In this document: positions 46,175-56,585 of the stretch, piece after piece
Layout of the letters: every line of letters starts with the position of its first letter
Position numbering within the stretch: position 1 is the stretch's first letter
DNA from: Deltaproteobacteria bacterium
GTDB taxonomy: Bacteria; Bdellovibrionota; JAJCYS01
Direction: 5' to 3'
Length of the DNA: 64,000 nucleotides
Assembly: GCA_029262815.1 (NCBI GenBank)
Contig: JAJCYS010000008.1
Location: 21,898 to 85,897, forward strand
Notes under the pieces: generated by a model
What the model was told of the DNA's origin: nothing
Database searches by the model: none
What the model saw: only the letters and a program-made list of their open reading frames with translations
Position numbers and translations under genes: made by a program

Positions 46175-46935
46175 ATACTCGACTCCTGAGGCCAATAGGT
46201 TAAGATCTCTGGCCCCTTATCAGTTACTAAAACGGTATGTTCATAATGAGCACTGGTAGACTCATCCCGGGTACACACAGCCCAACCATCTTGAGCCACG
46301 TACACGTCTTCAGTACCCAAGTTCACCATCGGCTCAATTGCAATGGTCATCCCAGCCTCAAGTCGTGGTCCTTGTTTACCTGTATCATAGTTAGGAATTT
46401 GGGGATCCTCATGAAGCTCATACCCAACCCCATGGCCCACATACTGACGAACAATTCCATATCCATTTGGCTTTATTTGAGCTTCAATAGCTTTCGAAAC
46501 TTCCTGCACATAAGCACCTGGGCTACACGCATCAATTCCAGCCAAACAAGCAGCCCGCGTCGTCTTCAACAACTTTGAGATATCAGAACTGACTTCGCCC
46601 ACTTTAAATGTGTAAGCAGTATCCAGGTATAACCCTTCGATAATAATTCCCATATCAATAGAGATTACATCTCCCAAACACAACGGTGTTAGGTTAGGAA
46701 TACCATGCACAACCACTTGATTAGGACTCGCACAAATACAGTGCGCAAACCCCATATATCCCTTAAAAGCAGGTTTTACTTTGTGTTTCAAAGCCAAAGA
46801 CTCTACCCGTTGGTCCAAATCGGCCGTCGTAGCACCTTCAACAACGTTCTCAAATAAGTCGTCTACAATAAATTGGACGATCTCGCGGCCCTTTCGTAAT
46901 ACAGCAATTTCTTGTTTATTCTTTAAAGTAATCAT
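46171..46935 (-). CDS. map: Methionine aminopeptidase type I
   Basis: Metal-ligand motifs (DIGIII-like [24 protein letters not shown]). Confidence 0.94.
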   Translation of the reverse strand: MITLKNKQEIAVLRKGREIVQFIVDDLFENVVEGATTADLDQRVESLALKHKVKPAFKGYMGFAHCICASPNQVVVHGIPNLTPLCLGDVISIDMGIIIEGLYLDTAYTFKVGEVSSDISKLLKTTRAACLAGIDACSPGAYVQEVSKAIEAQIKPNGYGIVRQYVGHGVGYELHEDPQIPNYDTGKQGPRLEAGMTIAIEPMVNLGTEDVYVAQDGWAVCTRDESTSAHYEHTVLVTDKGPEILTYWPQESSI

Positions 46936-46950
46936 AAGAAAGCGCAGGCC

Positions 46951-48264
46951 TTAAACAGAAGACCTGCGTCCACGAATTCGAACATTTTTGACAATGCCAT
47001 CATAGTTCTTAGACAACAGAATACTTTCAATTTGAGCAATAGTGTCCATTCCCACACCGATAAGGATCAAGAGAGAAGTTCCACCAAAGTAAAAAGGCAG
47101 CGCAGATTTTGCCTGAAATAATGCAGGCAACACCACACAAATAGTTGTTAGATACATGGCACCCGTTAGCGTTAGTCTTGAAAGTACGAAATCTAAAAAA
47201 TCTGCAGTGCTTGATCCAGGACGAATACCGGGAACAAACCCACCTTGCTTTCTAAGATTTTCAGCAACATCCATAGGATTGAACGTTACAGCCGTATAAA
47301 AGAAGGCAAAAAAGATAATTAATCCCGCATAAACTGAGTTAAAAAAGACACCTGACCCATTTAATGAACCGACCATCTGTTGCAAAATGGGAATAGAAAC
47401 AAAATTTGCGATTGTAGCAGGAAAAAATATCACAGAACTTGCAAAAATAGGTGGCAACACGCCTGACATGTTAACTTTCATCGGCAGGTGCGCACTTTGG
47501 CCCCCTTGCATGCGCCGGCCAACGACACGCCTCGCATATTGAACAGATATCCGTCTATGGCCTCGCTCAACAAAAACAATTCCCGCAACAACACCAACAA
47601 CAAAAATAACAAGCACTAACCCTTCTAAAGGCTGCATTTGTCCATTTTTGAGTTGCTCAAAAACACTGAAAACCCCACCTGGGATACCTGATGCGATACC
47701 TGAAAAAATAATTAACGAAATACCATTGCCGATGCCGCGCTCTGTAATTTGCTCACCTAGCCACATCAAGAAGGAGGTTCCAGCACAAAGCGTGACCATA
47801 GTTACAAGACGAAATCCCAGACCAGGTTCAAGAACGGCTGAAATTCCGCCCTGCTGAATCCGCTCTAAACCAACTGCAATCATGAACCCTTGAAACAAAG
47901 CGAGTCCAACCGTTGCATACCTTGTATATTGATTGATTTTTCGACGCCCGTAATCACCTTCTTTTTGAAGTTGTTCGAGGGCTGGCATTGTAGCGACAAG
48001 TAATTGGAAGACAATAGAAGCCGTAATATACGGCATAATGCCAAGGGCTAATATAGAAAATCGCTCTAAAGCTCCGCCAGAAAAAAGATTGAAAACACCA
48101 AATAAGGTTCCTCTGTTCTGACTAAAAAAATCATGTAATACAGCGCTGTCTATCCCTGGCGTTGGCACATGAACGCCAAGTCGGTATACCAAAATTAAAG
48201 CTATCGTAAATCCAATTCGCTTCCAAAGCTCAGGCATGTTATTCACGGATGGTACTGGCCTCAT
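46951..48264 (-). CDS. secY: Preprotein translocase subunit SecY
   Basis: 437 aa, 10 TM. Motifs LGIMPYITASI and GGFVPGIRPG. Confidence 0.96.
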   Translation of the reverse strand: MRPVPSVNNMPELWKRIGFTIALILVYRLGVHVPTPGIDSAVLHDFFSQNRGTLFGVFNLFSGGALERFSILALGIMPYITASIVFQLLVATMPALEQLQKEGDYGRRKINQYTRYATVGLALFQGFMIAVGLERIQQGGISAVLEPGLGFRLVTMVTLCAGTSFLMWLGEQITERGIGNGISLIIFSGIASGIPGGVFSVFEQLKNGQMQPLEGLVLVIFVVGVVAGIVFVERGHRRISVQYARRVVGRRMQGGQSAHLPMKVNMSGVLPPIFASSVIFFPATIANFVSIPILQQMVGSLNGSGVFFNSVYAGLIIFFAFFYTAVTFNPMDVAENLRKQGGFVPGIRPGSSTADFLDFVLSRLTLTGAMYLTTICVVLPALFQAKSALPFYFGGTSLLILIGVGMDTIAQIESILLSKNYDGIVKNVRIRGRRSSV

Positions 48265-48333
48265 TGTTTCCTCAATGGGTTGACATGGTGATTGGGGGAA
48301 TTTTCACACTTAAATAAGTAAAATTTAAGTGGT

Positions 48334-48786
48334 CTATTGTGCAAGATTTATCCCCTGTACTTGCCCGCCAGATGCTTCAATCTTAGTGCGGGCACTCTTT
48401 GAGCAGCCATGCACCTGAACCGTCATTGCACGACTTAACTCTCCTTGCCCAAGTATTTTAACATGCTTCTTTGGGCACGAAATAAGCCCATGAGTCCAAA
48501 GCTCTTTCGGCGTTACAGAAGAGACGTCTTCAGGCAACAATGCCAGTTGACTGATGTTGACAATCAAAACGTCTTTCTTAAAAATATTATTGAAGCCCCT
48601 TTTAGGCAATCGACGGTAAATCGGCGTCTGGCCACCCTCAAATCCCACACGTGGCTTAGCGCCTGCGCGCGCGCGTTGACCCTTATGTCCTTTGCCAGCT
48701 GTCTTGCCATTTCCGGAGCCCGAGCCACGACCTTTTCGTTTACATGCTTTTTTACGAGAACCTTCGGGAATTTTCCACTCACTCAT
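48334..48786 (-). CDS. rplO: 50S ribosomal protein L15
   Basis: From ATG 48786: MSEWKIPEGSRKKACKRKGRGSGSGNGKTAGKGHKGQ. Confidence 0.94.
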   Translation of the reverse strand: MSEWKIPEGSRKKACKRKGRGSGSGNGKTAGKGHKGQRARAGAKPRVGFEGGQTPIYRRLPKRGFNNIFKKDVLIVNISQLALLPEDVSSVTPKELWTHGLISCPKKHVKILGQGELSRAMTVQVHGCSKSARTKIEASGGQVQGINLAQ

Positions 48787-48798
48787 GATTACCAATCC

Positions 48799-48990
48799 TT
48801 ATTTTTGTACAACGTTCACTTCAAGTAAGTGAATTGCTTTTCTCACGAGCCCTTGAAAAACAGGTGTGTTTGGATGCGACACTTCGTGACCAATTTTTCT
48901 TAAACCGAGCACCCGAATACATTCTTTAATTTTGCGTCTTTGGTGATGCTGACTTCTAACCAATTTAATTTTAAGTTCAGAGTTTTCCAT
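48799..48990 (-). CDS. rpmD: 50S ribosomal protein L30
   Basis: 63 aa, LKIKLVRS...LGLRKIG. Correct operon position. Confidence 0.92.
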   Translation of the reverse strand: MENSELKIKLVRSQHHQRRKIKECIRVLGLRKIGHEVSHPNTPVFQGLVRKAIHLLEVNVVQK

Positions 48991-49001
48991 AAAAATATTC
49001 C

Positions 49002-49529
49002 TTAAGCCTCACGCTCAGTCGTCTCTTCAGTTTCAGTAGTTTCTGTAGACTTTCCACGCCTCATCAACACCTCTTCAGGTGTTCTCAATGCTTCAATGCA
49101 ACGAAAGGCTGCTTTAATGACGTTGTGAGGATTTGTACTACCATGACACTTCGTAACTACATTGCTAATACCAGAAAGTTCCATTACCGGCCTCAAGGCC
49201 CCTCCAGCAATAATACCTACCCCGTCTTTGGCAGGAAGCATCATGACTCGAGAAGATGAATACCGATAATTAACTTCGTAAGGAATCGTATGTGCTTCTA
49301 AACGAACGACCTTAAGAGATTTACGAGCAGCAGCAGATGCTTTTCGGATAGCCTCAGGCACTTCGTTTGCTTTACCAAGACCCCAACCCACTTTACCAGC
49401 ACCATCACCAGCAACTACTAGAGCATTAAAGGAAAAACGACGTCCGCCTTTAACAACTTTTACGACACGTCCAATGTGAACTACACGATCTTGAACTTCT
49501 GCCTTTGTTTCTTCCATTACGTCACCCAT
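49002..49529 (-). CDS. rpsE: 30S ribosomal protein S5
   Basis: VVKVVKGGRRFSFNALVVAGDG, with S5 N- and C-domains. Confidence 0.95.
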   Translation of the reverse strand: MGDVMEETKAEVQDRVVHIGRVVKVVKGGRRFSFNALVVAGDGAGKVGWGLGKANEVPEAIRKASAAARKSLKVVRLEAHTIPYEVNYRYSSSRVMMLPAKDGVGIIAGGALRPVMELSGISNVVTKCHGSTNPHNVIKAAFRCIEALRTPEEVLMRRGKSTETTETEETTEREA

Positions 49530-49531
49530 AA

Positions 49532-49906
49532 CTATAGTTGAACACCCGCTTTACGAATACCATCAGCAAGCTGTTTGATTCTGCCATGATACAAATAACC
49601 ACTGCGGTCAAATACACAAGATGCTACGCCAGCATCCTTCAGCTTAGCTCCAAATAGCTCACCCAACTGAAACGCGATATCGCAGTTATTCTTGATTTTA
49701 AGCTCTTCAACTTGGCGGGAATTTAGCCCAATAATCGTATGGCGCTTAACATCATCAATACACTGAACATACAGATGTTTCAAAGAACGATGTACACAAA
49801 TTCTAGGTCGCTCTGTAGATCCGTTTATTTTTTTACGGATGCGAGCCTTTACCTTTGCCCGTCTTTTTACGCGAGCGTGACTTTTCTGACCTGTTTTAGT
49901 TCTCAT
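49532..49906 (-). CDS. rplR: 50S ribosomal protein L18
   Basis: RPRICVHRSLKHLYVQ and DRSGYLYHGRIKQLADGIR. Confidence 0.95.
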   Translation of the reverse strand: MRTKTGQKSHARVKRRAKVKARIRKKINGSTERPRICVHRSLKHLYVQCIDDVKRHTIIGLNSRQVEELKIKNNCDIAFQLGELFGAKLKDAGVASCVFDRSGYLYHGRIKQLADGIRKAGVQL

Positions 49907-49908
49907 AT

Positions 49909-50454
49909 CTACCCTTTACTACCACTCTTACCCGCTTTCTTCCTAAGTCGCTCGCCTTGATATCGAATACCTTTATTCTGGTATACATCTGGTGGTCGCA
50001 GCGCCTTAAGACTAGCAGCAGCTTGCCCAACAAGCTCTTTATCATTTCCACTTAAGGTGATTATCGTACTTCGCTCAACTTTACAGTCCACACCTTTCGG
50101 AATATCGTACATAACCGGATGACTGAAGCCCAAAGACATCTGAAGTGCTTCGCCACTTTTAGCAGCACGAAAACCAATACCATGGAGCTCTAACACACGG
50201 GTAAACCCGGTGTTCACGCCTTCAAGCAAAGCAGCAAGTCTGGCTCTCATGGTTCCCCATATGGCCCGATTTTCGCCTTTGCCTTCTTTTTTGAGCCGCA
50301 CCTGCAATGTATTTTCTTCTTCTACAACTTCAACATCAGGATGCAATACAAGGTTTTTTTCGCCTTTTGGCCCACTAGCATGGACCTCATTAGCGCTTAC
50401 CGAGACTTTCACCCCATCTGGTATTCCTACCGCTTTTTTACCAATTCGAGACAT
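49909..50454 (-). CDS. rplF: 50S ribosomal protein L6
   Basis: MSRIGKKAVGIPDGVKV and the C-terminal PPDVYQNKGIRY. Confidence 0.95.
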   Translation of the reverse strand: MSRIGKKAVGIPDGVKVSVSANEVHASGPKGEKNLVLHPDVEVVEEENTLQVRLKKEGKGENRAIWGTMRARLAALLEGVNTGFTRVLELHGIGFRAAKSGEALQMSLGFSHPVMYDIPKGVDCKVERSTIITLSGNDKELVGQAAASLKALRPPDVYQNKGIRYQGERLRKKAGKSGSKG

Positions 50455-50469
50455 AATTACCTACCTGAT

Positions 50470-50865
50470 CTAAAAGATAGAGCAGAGAACCTCTCCCCCA
50501 ATTTGAGCTTTTTGAGCTTTTTCAGCAGTCATAATCCCTTTGGAGGTTGAAATAATCGCAACACCTAATCCATTTTTTATTTTTGGTAACGCTTTATGTC
50601 CAACATAGACACGGCGCTTACCCTTTGAAACACGTTTACACTCTTGAATCGCATATCCCAAAGCTGGGTCTTTTCGTAAAAAAACCCTGATCTCTTTTTG
50701 GGGTCCGTCATTCGCGGTAAGCACGTGGTACTTGCGAACAAACCCTTCTTCTTGCATAATTTCGACAATCCGCTCCACCACTCTTGAGTGTGTCAAGTGA
50801 ACCCTGACTTGGTGTGAGCAAATTGTGTTCCGGATTCGTGTTAATGAATCAGCTATTAAATCCAT
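50470..50865 (-). CDS. rpsH: 30S ribosomal protein S8
   Basis: DLIADSLTRIRN...GGEVLCSIF. Confidence 0.95.
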   Translation of the reverse strand: MDLIADSLTRIRNTICSHQVRVHLTHSRVVERIVEIMQEEGFVRKYHVLTANDGPQKEIRVFLRKDPALGYAIQECKRVSKGKRRVYVGHKALPKIKNGLGVAIISTSKGIMTAEKAQKAQIGGEVLCSIF

Positions 50866-50880
50866 ACGGTACTCCTTCTC

Positions 50881-51066
50881 CTACCAACTCGACTTTGTTA
50901 CACCAGGCAAAAAGCCTAATAAGGCGTACTTACGAAAACAAATTCTACATAATTGAAACTTTCTCAAAAAAGCCCTAGGCCTTCCACAGCTGGGACACCG
51001 ACTATACCCCCTAGCTGAAAACTTTGGGGGCTTCTTCGCTTTCACTCTTAATGACAGTTTGGCCAC
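50881..51066 (-). CDS. rpsN: 30S ribosomal protein S14, zinc-binding short (type Z) form
   Basis: 61 aa, [20 protein letters not shown] and a terminal W. Confidence 0.94.
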   Translation of the reverse strand: MAKLSLRVKAKKPPKFSARGYSRCPSCGRPRAFLRKFQLCRICFRKYALLGFLPGVTKSSW

Positions 51067-51083
51067 AAAAAACTCCTTGCCGA

Positions 51084-51626
51084 CTAATTCCTAAAGGGCA
51101 TGCCCATATGTTTTAACAAATAATAAGCTTGTTCGTCATTCTTAGCCGTTGTTTTAACGGTAATTGACAAGCCCCTAATTCGATCAATCTTATCGTAATC
51201 AATTTCAGAAAAAATAATTTGCTCTTTAATACCTACTGAATAATTGCCACGTCCATCAAATGATTTGCTTTTTAATCCCCTAAAATCTCTCACACGGGGC
51301 AAAGCAACATTAATAAAACGGGATAAAAAATGGTACATCTGAGCACCGCGTAATGTGACTCGCGCACCAATAGGCATACCTTCACGAAGCTTAAAGGTTG
51401 AAATGCTTTTTCGTGCATGCGTGATCACTGCTTTTTGAGTTGCAATTTTACTTAAATCACCCGCAAGTGCATCTAAAGCTTTGAGATTTGTAATTGCTTC
51501 TTTAGTTGTTCCACTTAACACAACTGAATCAATCCTTGGGACTGCATGCGTATTACTAATCGCAAACTGCTCCTTCAACTTCCCTTGTACAACTTCTTTA
51601 TAATGCGTATGTAATGGTGTACTCAT
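51084..51626 (-). CDS. rplE: 50S ribosomal protein L5
   Basis: [14 protein letters not shown] and [20 protein letters not shown]. Confidence 0.95.
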   Translation of the reverse strand: MSTPLHTHYKEVVQGKLKEQFAISNTHAVPRIDSVVLSGTTKEAITNLKALDALAGDLSKIATQKAVITHARKSISTFKLREGMPIGARVTLRGAQMYHFLSRFINVALPRVRDFRGLKSKSFDGRGNYSVGIKEQIIFSEIDYDKIDRIRGLSITVKTTAKNDEQAYYLLKHMGMPFRN

Positions 51627-51628
51627 GA

Positions 51629-51940
51629 CTACTTACCTAATACTTCGCCAGATTTAATGGCAATTCGAACCTTTTTATCATTTATAATTTTATGACGTAT
51701 ACGAGTAGGTTCTTTGGTCTTTGGATCAACAAGCATCACATTAGAAACCTGAATAGGGGCCTCTTTTTCTTCGATACCCCCAGGTGCTTCTTTTGTAGCT
51801 TTACGATGGCGCTTGACCATGTTTACACGCTCAATAATGACTTGGCCACGATCTTCTATCAATTGCTTGACTCTGCCCGTTTTGCCTTTACTTTTTCCAG
51901 TAATAACCATTACTAAATCTTCTTTCTTTAACCGCTTCAT
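51629..51940 (-). CDS. rplX: 50S ribosomal protein L24
   Basis: [20 protein letters not shown] (KOW motif). Confidence 0.94.
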   Translation of the reverse strand: MKRLKKEDLVMVITGKSKGKTGRVKQLIEDRGQVIIERVNMVKRHRKATKEAPGGIEEKEAPIQVSNVMLVDPKTKEPTRIRHKIINDKKVRIAIKSGEVLGK

Positions 51941-51950
51941 ACTATTCCTC

Positions 51951-52316
51951 TTACAAAACCTCTGGTGCTAAAGAAACAATTTTCAAAAAAGCTGCGCGTA
52001 ATTCGCGAGCAACCGGTCCAAAAATACGAGTCCCAATAGGCTCTTTTTGATTATTGATCAATACAACTGCGTTTTCATCAAACCGAATTGCCGATCCATC
52101 AGGTCGATGAATTTCCTTCTTGGTTCGAACCACAACTGCCTTAACCACATCCCCTTTTTTCACCTTACCGACAGGCAAAGCTTGTTTCACTGTACATACA
52201 ACAACATCTCCTATAGATGCATATCGACGACGACTCCCACCAAGGACTTTGAAACAAAGGACTTCTTTGGCTCCCGAGTTATCTGCAACTTTCAAACGTG
52301 TTTCTTGCTGGACCAT
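51951..52316 (-). CDS. rplN: 50S ribosomal protein L14
   Basis: [28 protein letters not shown]. Confidence 0.96.
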   Translation of the reverse strand: MVQQETRLKVADNSGAKEVLCFKVLGGSRRRYASIGDVVVCTVKQALPVGKVKKGDVVKAVVVRTKKEIHRPDGSAIRFDENAVVLINNQKEPIGTRIFGPVARELRAAFLKIVSLAPEVL

Positions 52317-52328
52317 CTTATATAACCC

Positions 52329-52601
52329 CTATTGTGCAGAACCTAAAACTTCTTTGACAACCCAAGATTTATGCTTACTCAAGGGCCGACACTCACGGAT
52401 GACCACTTGATCCCCAACCTTGGTTACATTCTTTTCATCGTGAGCCATGACGTTTTTGCTGCTGGTCAAATGCTTATGATATCTAGCATGCTTCACAAGT
52501 CGAGAAATTTTTACAATGACTGATTTATTCATTTTATTTTTAACGACTTCCCCAGAAAGCTCTCTCTGACGCATTTGGGGGTCGGACGATTCAGTATTCA
52601 T
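52329..52601 (-). CDS. rpsQ: 30S ribosomal protein S17
   Basis: GEVVKNKMNKSVIVKISRLVKHARYHK and RECRPLSKHKSW. Confidence 0.94.
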   Translation of the reverse strand: MNTESSDPQMRQRELSGEVVKNKMNKSVIVKISRLVKHARYHKHLTSSKNVMAHDEKNVTKVGDQVVIRECRPLSKHKSWVVKEVLGSAQ

Positions 52602-52807
52602 GACGACCTCTTCACTTCATTGCGTCTCTCTTGCTTCACTGTAAGCAGGCGCGCAATGGTTTTTCTAACATTCTTCAACTCTGATGCTTTCACAGCAGCA
52701 GGTCTAGTATAAAACTGCATTTTCATCTCAAGTGATTGCTTCCGCAGTTGAACGGTTTTCGCATCCAACTCTTCAGAAGTTAAGCTAAGAATCTCTTCCA
52801 TATTCAT
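52598..52807 (-). CDS. rpmC: 50S ribosomal protein L29
   Basis: 69 aa, LRKQSLEMKMQ...VRKTIARLLTV. ATGA overlap with rpsQ. Confidence 0.92.
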   Translation of the reverse strand: MNMEEILSLTSEELDAKTVQLRKQSLEMKMQFYTRPAAVKASELKNVRKTIARLLTVKQERRNEVKRSS

Positions 52808-52825
52808 AAGTCGGCCACTCCTAAC

Positions 52826-53233
52826 CTAGTCTCTTGAAACAAACCGGGTTTTAATGGGTAATTTATACCCAGCAAGTTTCATGGCATCTTTTGCCACATC
52901 TGGTTGAACACCTTCAATCTCATACAACATTCTGCCAGGTTTAATCACGCATACCCACTGCTCTGGACTCCCTTTCCCTTTTCCCATTCGAACCTCTGCA
53001 GGTTTTTTACTTAATGGCTTATCTGGAAAAATACGAATCCAAAGTTTTCCACCACGCTTCACCCGACGTGAAATACAAATTCGTGCGGCTTCAATTTGAC
53101 GAGCAGAGACAAAACCGCATTCAACAGCTTGCAAACCAAACTCACCAAAACTCAAAGAGCTCCCAACTTGGGCTTTGCCTTTCATTCGGCCTTTTTGAAC
53201 TTTTCGATATTTTACTTTCTTAGGCTCTAACAT
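52826..53233 (-). CDS. rplP: 50S ribosomal protein L16
   Basis: [19 protein letters not shown] and [13 protein letters not shown]. Confidence 0.96.
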   Translation of the reverse strand: MLEPKKVKYRKVQKGRMKGKAQVGSSLSFGEFGLQAVECGFVSARQIEAARICISRRVKRGGKLWIRIFPDKPLSKKPAEVRMGKGKGSPEQWVCVIKPGRMLYEIEGVQPDVAKDAMKLAGYKLPIKTRFVSRD

Positions 53234-53248
53234 AAAATCCTCTTGGCC

Positions 53249-53881
53249 CTAAACCCGTGAACCCACATTACCTTTATAGATCCAAACCTTAATTCCAATT
53301 TTCCCCTGTGTCGTATTTGCTTCAGTGAATCCATAATCAATGTCAGCGCGAATTGTATGTAAAGGAACGCTACCTTTGGCATACCATTCTTTACGAGCCA
53401 TTTCGGCCCCTGACAACCGGCCAGCAACTTTAACCTTCACACCCAAAGCACCAAACTTAGTGGCTTGACTCATTGCTCGCTTCATCGCACGTCGATAAGC
53501 AACTCGCCGCTCTAATTGGAGAGCAATATTTTCGGCAACTAATTGCGCATCAGCCTCAGCTTTGCGAACTTCAAAAATATTTAACGTAAGAACTGTAGTC
53601 ACCATCTTTTGAACTTCAGCTTTCAACTTGTCGATGCCAGCACCTTTTTTACCAATTACAACACCAGGCCTAGCGGCATGAATATTGATAGCAACTTTGT
53701 CGCTGGTCCGCTCGATAACAATTTTGGATACACCAGCCTGATATAACTTTTGCTTTAAGTAAGCACGAACCTTTAAATCTTCATGAAGCTTTGCGGCATA
53801 ATCTTTTGACGCATACCAGATTGAACCCCAATCCTTGTTAATACCAATTCTAAATCCAATAGGATGAACTTTTTGACCCAT
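53249..53881 (-). CDS. rpsC: 30S ribosomal protein S3
   Basis: [18 protein letters not shown] and the KH domain [14 protein letters not shown]. Confidence 0.96.
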   Translation of the reverse strand: MGQKVHPIGFRIGINKDWGSIWYASKDYAAKLHEDLKVRAYLKQKLYQAGVSKIVIERTSDKVAINIHAARPGVVIGKKGAGIDKLKAEVQKMVTTVLTLNIFEVRKAEADAQLVAENIALQLERRVAYRRAMKRAMSQATKFGALGVKVKVAGRLSGAEMARKEWYAKGSVPLHTIRADIDYGFTEANTTQGKIGIKVWIYKGNVGSRV

Positions 53882-53898
53882 TTCTCTGCCCTCTCGAC

Positions 53899-54240
53899 CT
53901 AAAACACTTTTTCTCTTAATGTCAAATATACGTGAGATGTTCGTTTATAGAGAGGCGTTGCACGCCCCTGAGCCCTAGGTATCCATCTCTTCATAATGGG
54001 ACCTTGATTCACAAAAATCTCGTGCACGATCACATTTGCAGGAATAGCATTGGGGTCATACCCACCATTACTCAGCGCGCTAACTAAAAGTTTTTTCAAT
54101 GGCTCAGCCGGTGCCCTTGGAGAAAAACTTAGTTTTTGCAGAGCCTCGATCGCTTTTCGGCCTCTAATCAAGCCTGCTACCTCTTGAACTTTACGAGGAG
54201 ATTTACGTAGAAACATGAGTTTTGCATTGCATTCTTTCAT
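53899..54240 (-). CDS. rplV: 50S ribosomal protein L22
   Basis: [17 protein letters not shown] and [16 protein letters not shown]. Confidence 0.94.
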   Translation of the reverse strand: MKECNAKLMFLRKSPRKVQEVAGLIRGRKAIEALQKLSFSPRAPAEPLKKLLVSALSNGGYDPNAIPANVIVHEIFVNQGPIMKRWIPRAQGRATPLYKRTSHVYLTLREKVF

Positions 54241-54248
54241 AATTCAAC

Positions 54249-54524
54249 TCACTTTCTGTCCTTTTTACCCGCAGTATGTCCTCTGAAGGTACGTGTTCCT
54301 ACAAACTCTCCTAGCTTGTGACCTACCATATTTTCAGTCACAAAAACTGGGATAAACTTTTTACCATCATGTACCGCTAGCGTCACTCCAACAAATTCAG
54401 GAATCACTGTTGATCTGCGAGACCAGGTCTTAATAATACTTCTAGCCCCGCCATCTTTTGCTAGCTGAACCTTTTTCAACAAATACTCATCAAAAAAAGG
54501 TCCCTTTTTAATTGAACGAGCCAA
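54249..54524 (-). CDS. rpsS: 30S ribosomal protein S19
   Basis: [17 protein letters not shown] and [27 protein letters not shown] start at 54522-54524 with GGAGGA 7 nt upstream. Confidence 0.95.
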   Translation of the reverse strand: MARSIKKGPFFDEYLLKKVQLAKDGGARSIIKTWSRRSTVIPEFVGVTLAVHDGKKFIPVFVTENMVGHKLGEFVGTRTFRGHTAGKKDRK

Positions 54525-54783
54525 AACCTATCCTCCAAAAAATATGGCCAACCCTACAACGGATCCCATATCCGAACAGCAAGACAAACAATATTCAGCC
54601 TGATAAACGGTGTCCTCAAGGACAGTGCCAATCAACCAGACAATCGCTTAAAAACGCCTATTTCCCCCTCCCAACAACGGTTTGTTCGGAAAAAAATCTC
54701 TGGTTTCACTTCAAAGAAGCCAGAATGTCCCGAAGCACCCTTTGGGACGGGATATAGGCAATCCAATAAGGGGTTATTTAACC

Positions 54784-55614
54784 TTATTTTTTGCGTCTTT
54801 TCAAAATATATTTTGAAGTACGCTTATTTCTTCTTGTTCTATAACCCTTTGCAGGGGTACACCATGGGCTTACAGGGTTTCTCCCCCCAGATGTTTTACC
54901 TTCACCACCCCCATGGGGGTGGTCAACTGGGTTCATTACAACCCCTCTTACATGAGGTCTGCGACCAAACCATCTCATACGACCAGCTTTAGCAAAATTC
55001 CCCGTATTAAACTCGGTATTGCCGACCTGACCCACTGTCGCCATACAAGCTAAATGCACTTTACGCACTTCCCCTGAAGGCAACTTGAGAGACGCGTAGG
55101 TTCCCTCTTTTGCTACAATTTGTGCAAAAGTGCCAGCAGATCGAGCCATTTGGCCACCCGCACCTGGTTTTAGCTCAATATTATGCACCATAGTACCTGT
55201 GGGAATATGGTCTAGCAAAAGGGCGTTTCCAACACTGATGTCAGCGTTTGCCCCACTAGATACCGAATCCCCAACATTTAAACCATCAGGCGCTAAAATA
55301 TAATGACGAGCTCCGTCAATATATAAAATTCTTGCCAAATAAGCAGTCCTATTTGGATCGTACTCGATAGCCTCGACACGTCCAGTAACTCCAGCTTTTA
55401 AACTTCGACAAAAATCAACAATTCGATATTGCCGTTTGTGACCGCCACCTCTAAAACGAATGGTAGTCCGCCCTTGGTTGTTTCGACCACCAGAGGATTT
55501 GAGCTTTCGAACTGCAGATTTCAGAGGCTTATTCGTCGTTTCTGCTCGATTATCATAAACCCTAACCAAGCCGCGTGTGCCACTTGTCATTGGCCTAAAT
55601 GATTTAATAGTCAT
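54784..55614 (-). CDS. rplB: 50S ribosomal protein L2
   Basis: From ATG 55614: [15 protein letters not shown]. Motifs GGGHKRQYR and [13 protein letters not shown]. Confidence 0.96.
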   Translation of the reverse strand: MTIKSFRPMTSGTRGLVRVYDNRAETTNKPLKSAVRKLKSSGGRNNQGRTTIRFRGGGHKRQYRIVDFCRSLKAGVTGRVEAIEYDPNRTAYLARILYIDGARHYILAPDGLNVGDSVSSGANADISVGNALLLDHIPTGTMVHNIELKPGAGGQMARSAGTFAQIVAKEGTYASLKLPSGEVRKVHLACMATVGQVGNTEFNTGNFAKAGRMRWFGRRPHVRGVVMNPVDHPHGGGEGKTSGGRNPVSPWCTPAKGYRTRRNKRTSKYILKRRKK

Positions 55615-55618
55615 GGCC

Positions 55619-55918
55619 TTACCCTTGTTGCTCAAACAGTGAGATTTTTTCACCAGCTAGTAATTGCACGTATGCCTTTTTGTAATCTGAACGCTTACCT
55701 AGCTGACTCTTGAATTTTTTTGCTTTGCCCAAAAAATTTGCAACACGTACACTTCTCACCTTTACATCAAATAGGGATTCAATACACTTTTTTATGTCAG
55801 GTTTAGTCGCTCGCTTATCTACAATAAACTGGACAACATTCTGCTTTTCAAGCAGCATCATACTTTTTTCAGATACCAAAGGGCGTTTTATAACCCATGG
55901 CCAAGCAATTGCACTCAT
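55619..55918 (-). CDS. rplW: 50S ribosomal protein L23
   Basis: [11 protein letters not shown] and [20 protein letters not shown]. Confidence 0.94.
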   Translation of the reverse strand: MSAIAWPWVIKRPLVSEKSMMLLEKQNVVQFIVDKRATKPDIKKCIESLFDVKVRSVRVANFLGKAKKFKSQLGKRSDYKKAYVQLLAGEKISLFEQQG

Positions 55919-56574
55919 TCTTTAACTCCACGCGAAACTGTTTTTTGAAGTCGTTCCATAAATCGTAAAAAAGATGTTTTGCTAAATACCATATGTTCGC
56001 TATGGGCCAAATGTAGCACATTAGCAAAATCGACATCACAATAGTTTGCTTTTGGTAAATTTCTAACAGAATAGGCTAAGTTCAAATCTCCAAATCCAAC
56101 AAAAGTCACTTTCTTATTAAGCTCAGGAAAAAGACCCAATGCTTGCTTAGTACTTCTTTGCTCCATACCAAGTGCATCAAAAACAAGAATCTTCTGATCA
56201 GCAATTTTATTTGACAAAAGTAACTGCATAGCTTTTCGCCACACTTTTTTATTCACTTTCAACTGAGATTTAAGCCCTTTCGGGCCATGAGCTCGCCCAC
56301 CACCTACAAACTGAGGTGCTTTACTCGTACTATGCCGTGCTCGACCCGTACCTTTTTGGCGATACATTTTTTTGTTGCTACCCGTAATTTGACCCCGAGA
56401 TTTCGTATAACCTGGTTTTGATTTTGATTGAGACTCTAAAGCCCGAACTGCCAAGTAAACTTCGCCATGATCCACAAGAGTGTCAAACAAATAAGCATCA
56501 AGTGCTACCTCTTCAACTTTTTTTCGATCCTGCAGACTCAGGACTGGTACAGATATGTTTGCTTTGGTTGCCAC
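55915..56574 (-). CDS. rplD: 50S ribosomal protein L4
   Basis: RQKGTGRARHSTSKAPQFVGGGRAHGPK, 219 aa. It lies directly (11 bp) downstream of rpsJ, with no rplC between them. Confidence 0.94.
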   Translation of the reverse strand: MATKANISVPVLSLQDRKKVEEVALDAYLFDTLVDHGEVYLAVRALESQSKSKPGYTKSRGQITGSNKKMYRQKGTGRARHSTSKAPQFVGGGRAHGPKGLKSQLKVNKKVWRKAMQLLLSNKIADQKILVFDALGMEQRSTKQALGLFPELNKKVTFVGFGDLNLAYSVRNLPKANYCDVDFANVLHLAHSEHMVFSKTSFLRFMERLQKTVSRGVKE

Positions 56575-56585
56575 TTCAAATCCCC

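Noticed and set aside
54512-54757. 81-aa + ORF in the rplB-rpsS spacer
   Set aside because: It is antisense to operon transcription, overlaps the rpsS start and has no SD. I treat the spacer as non-coding.
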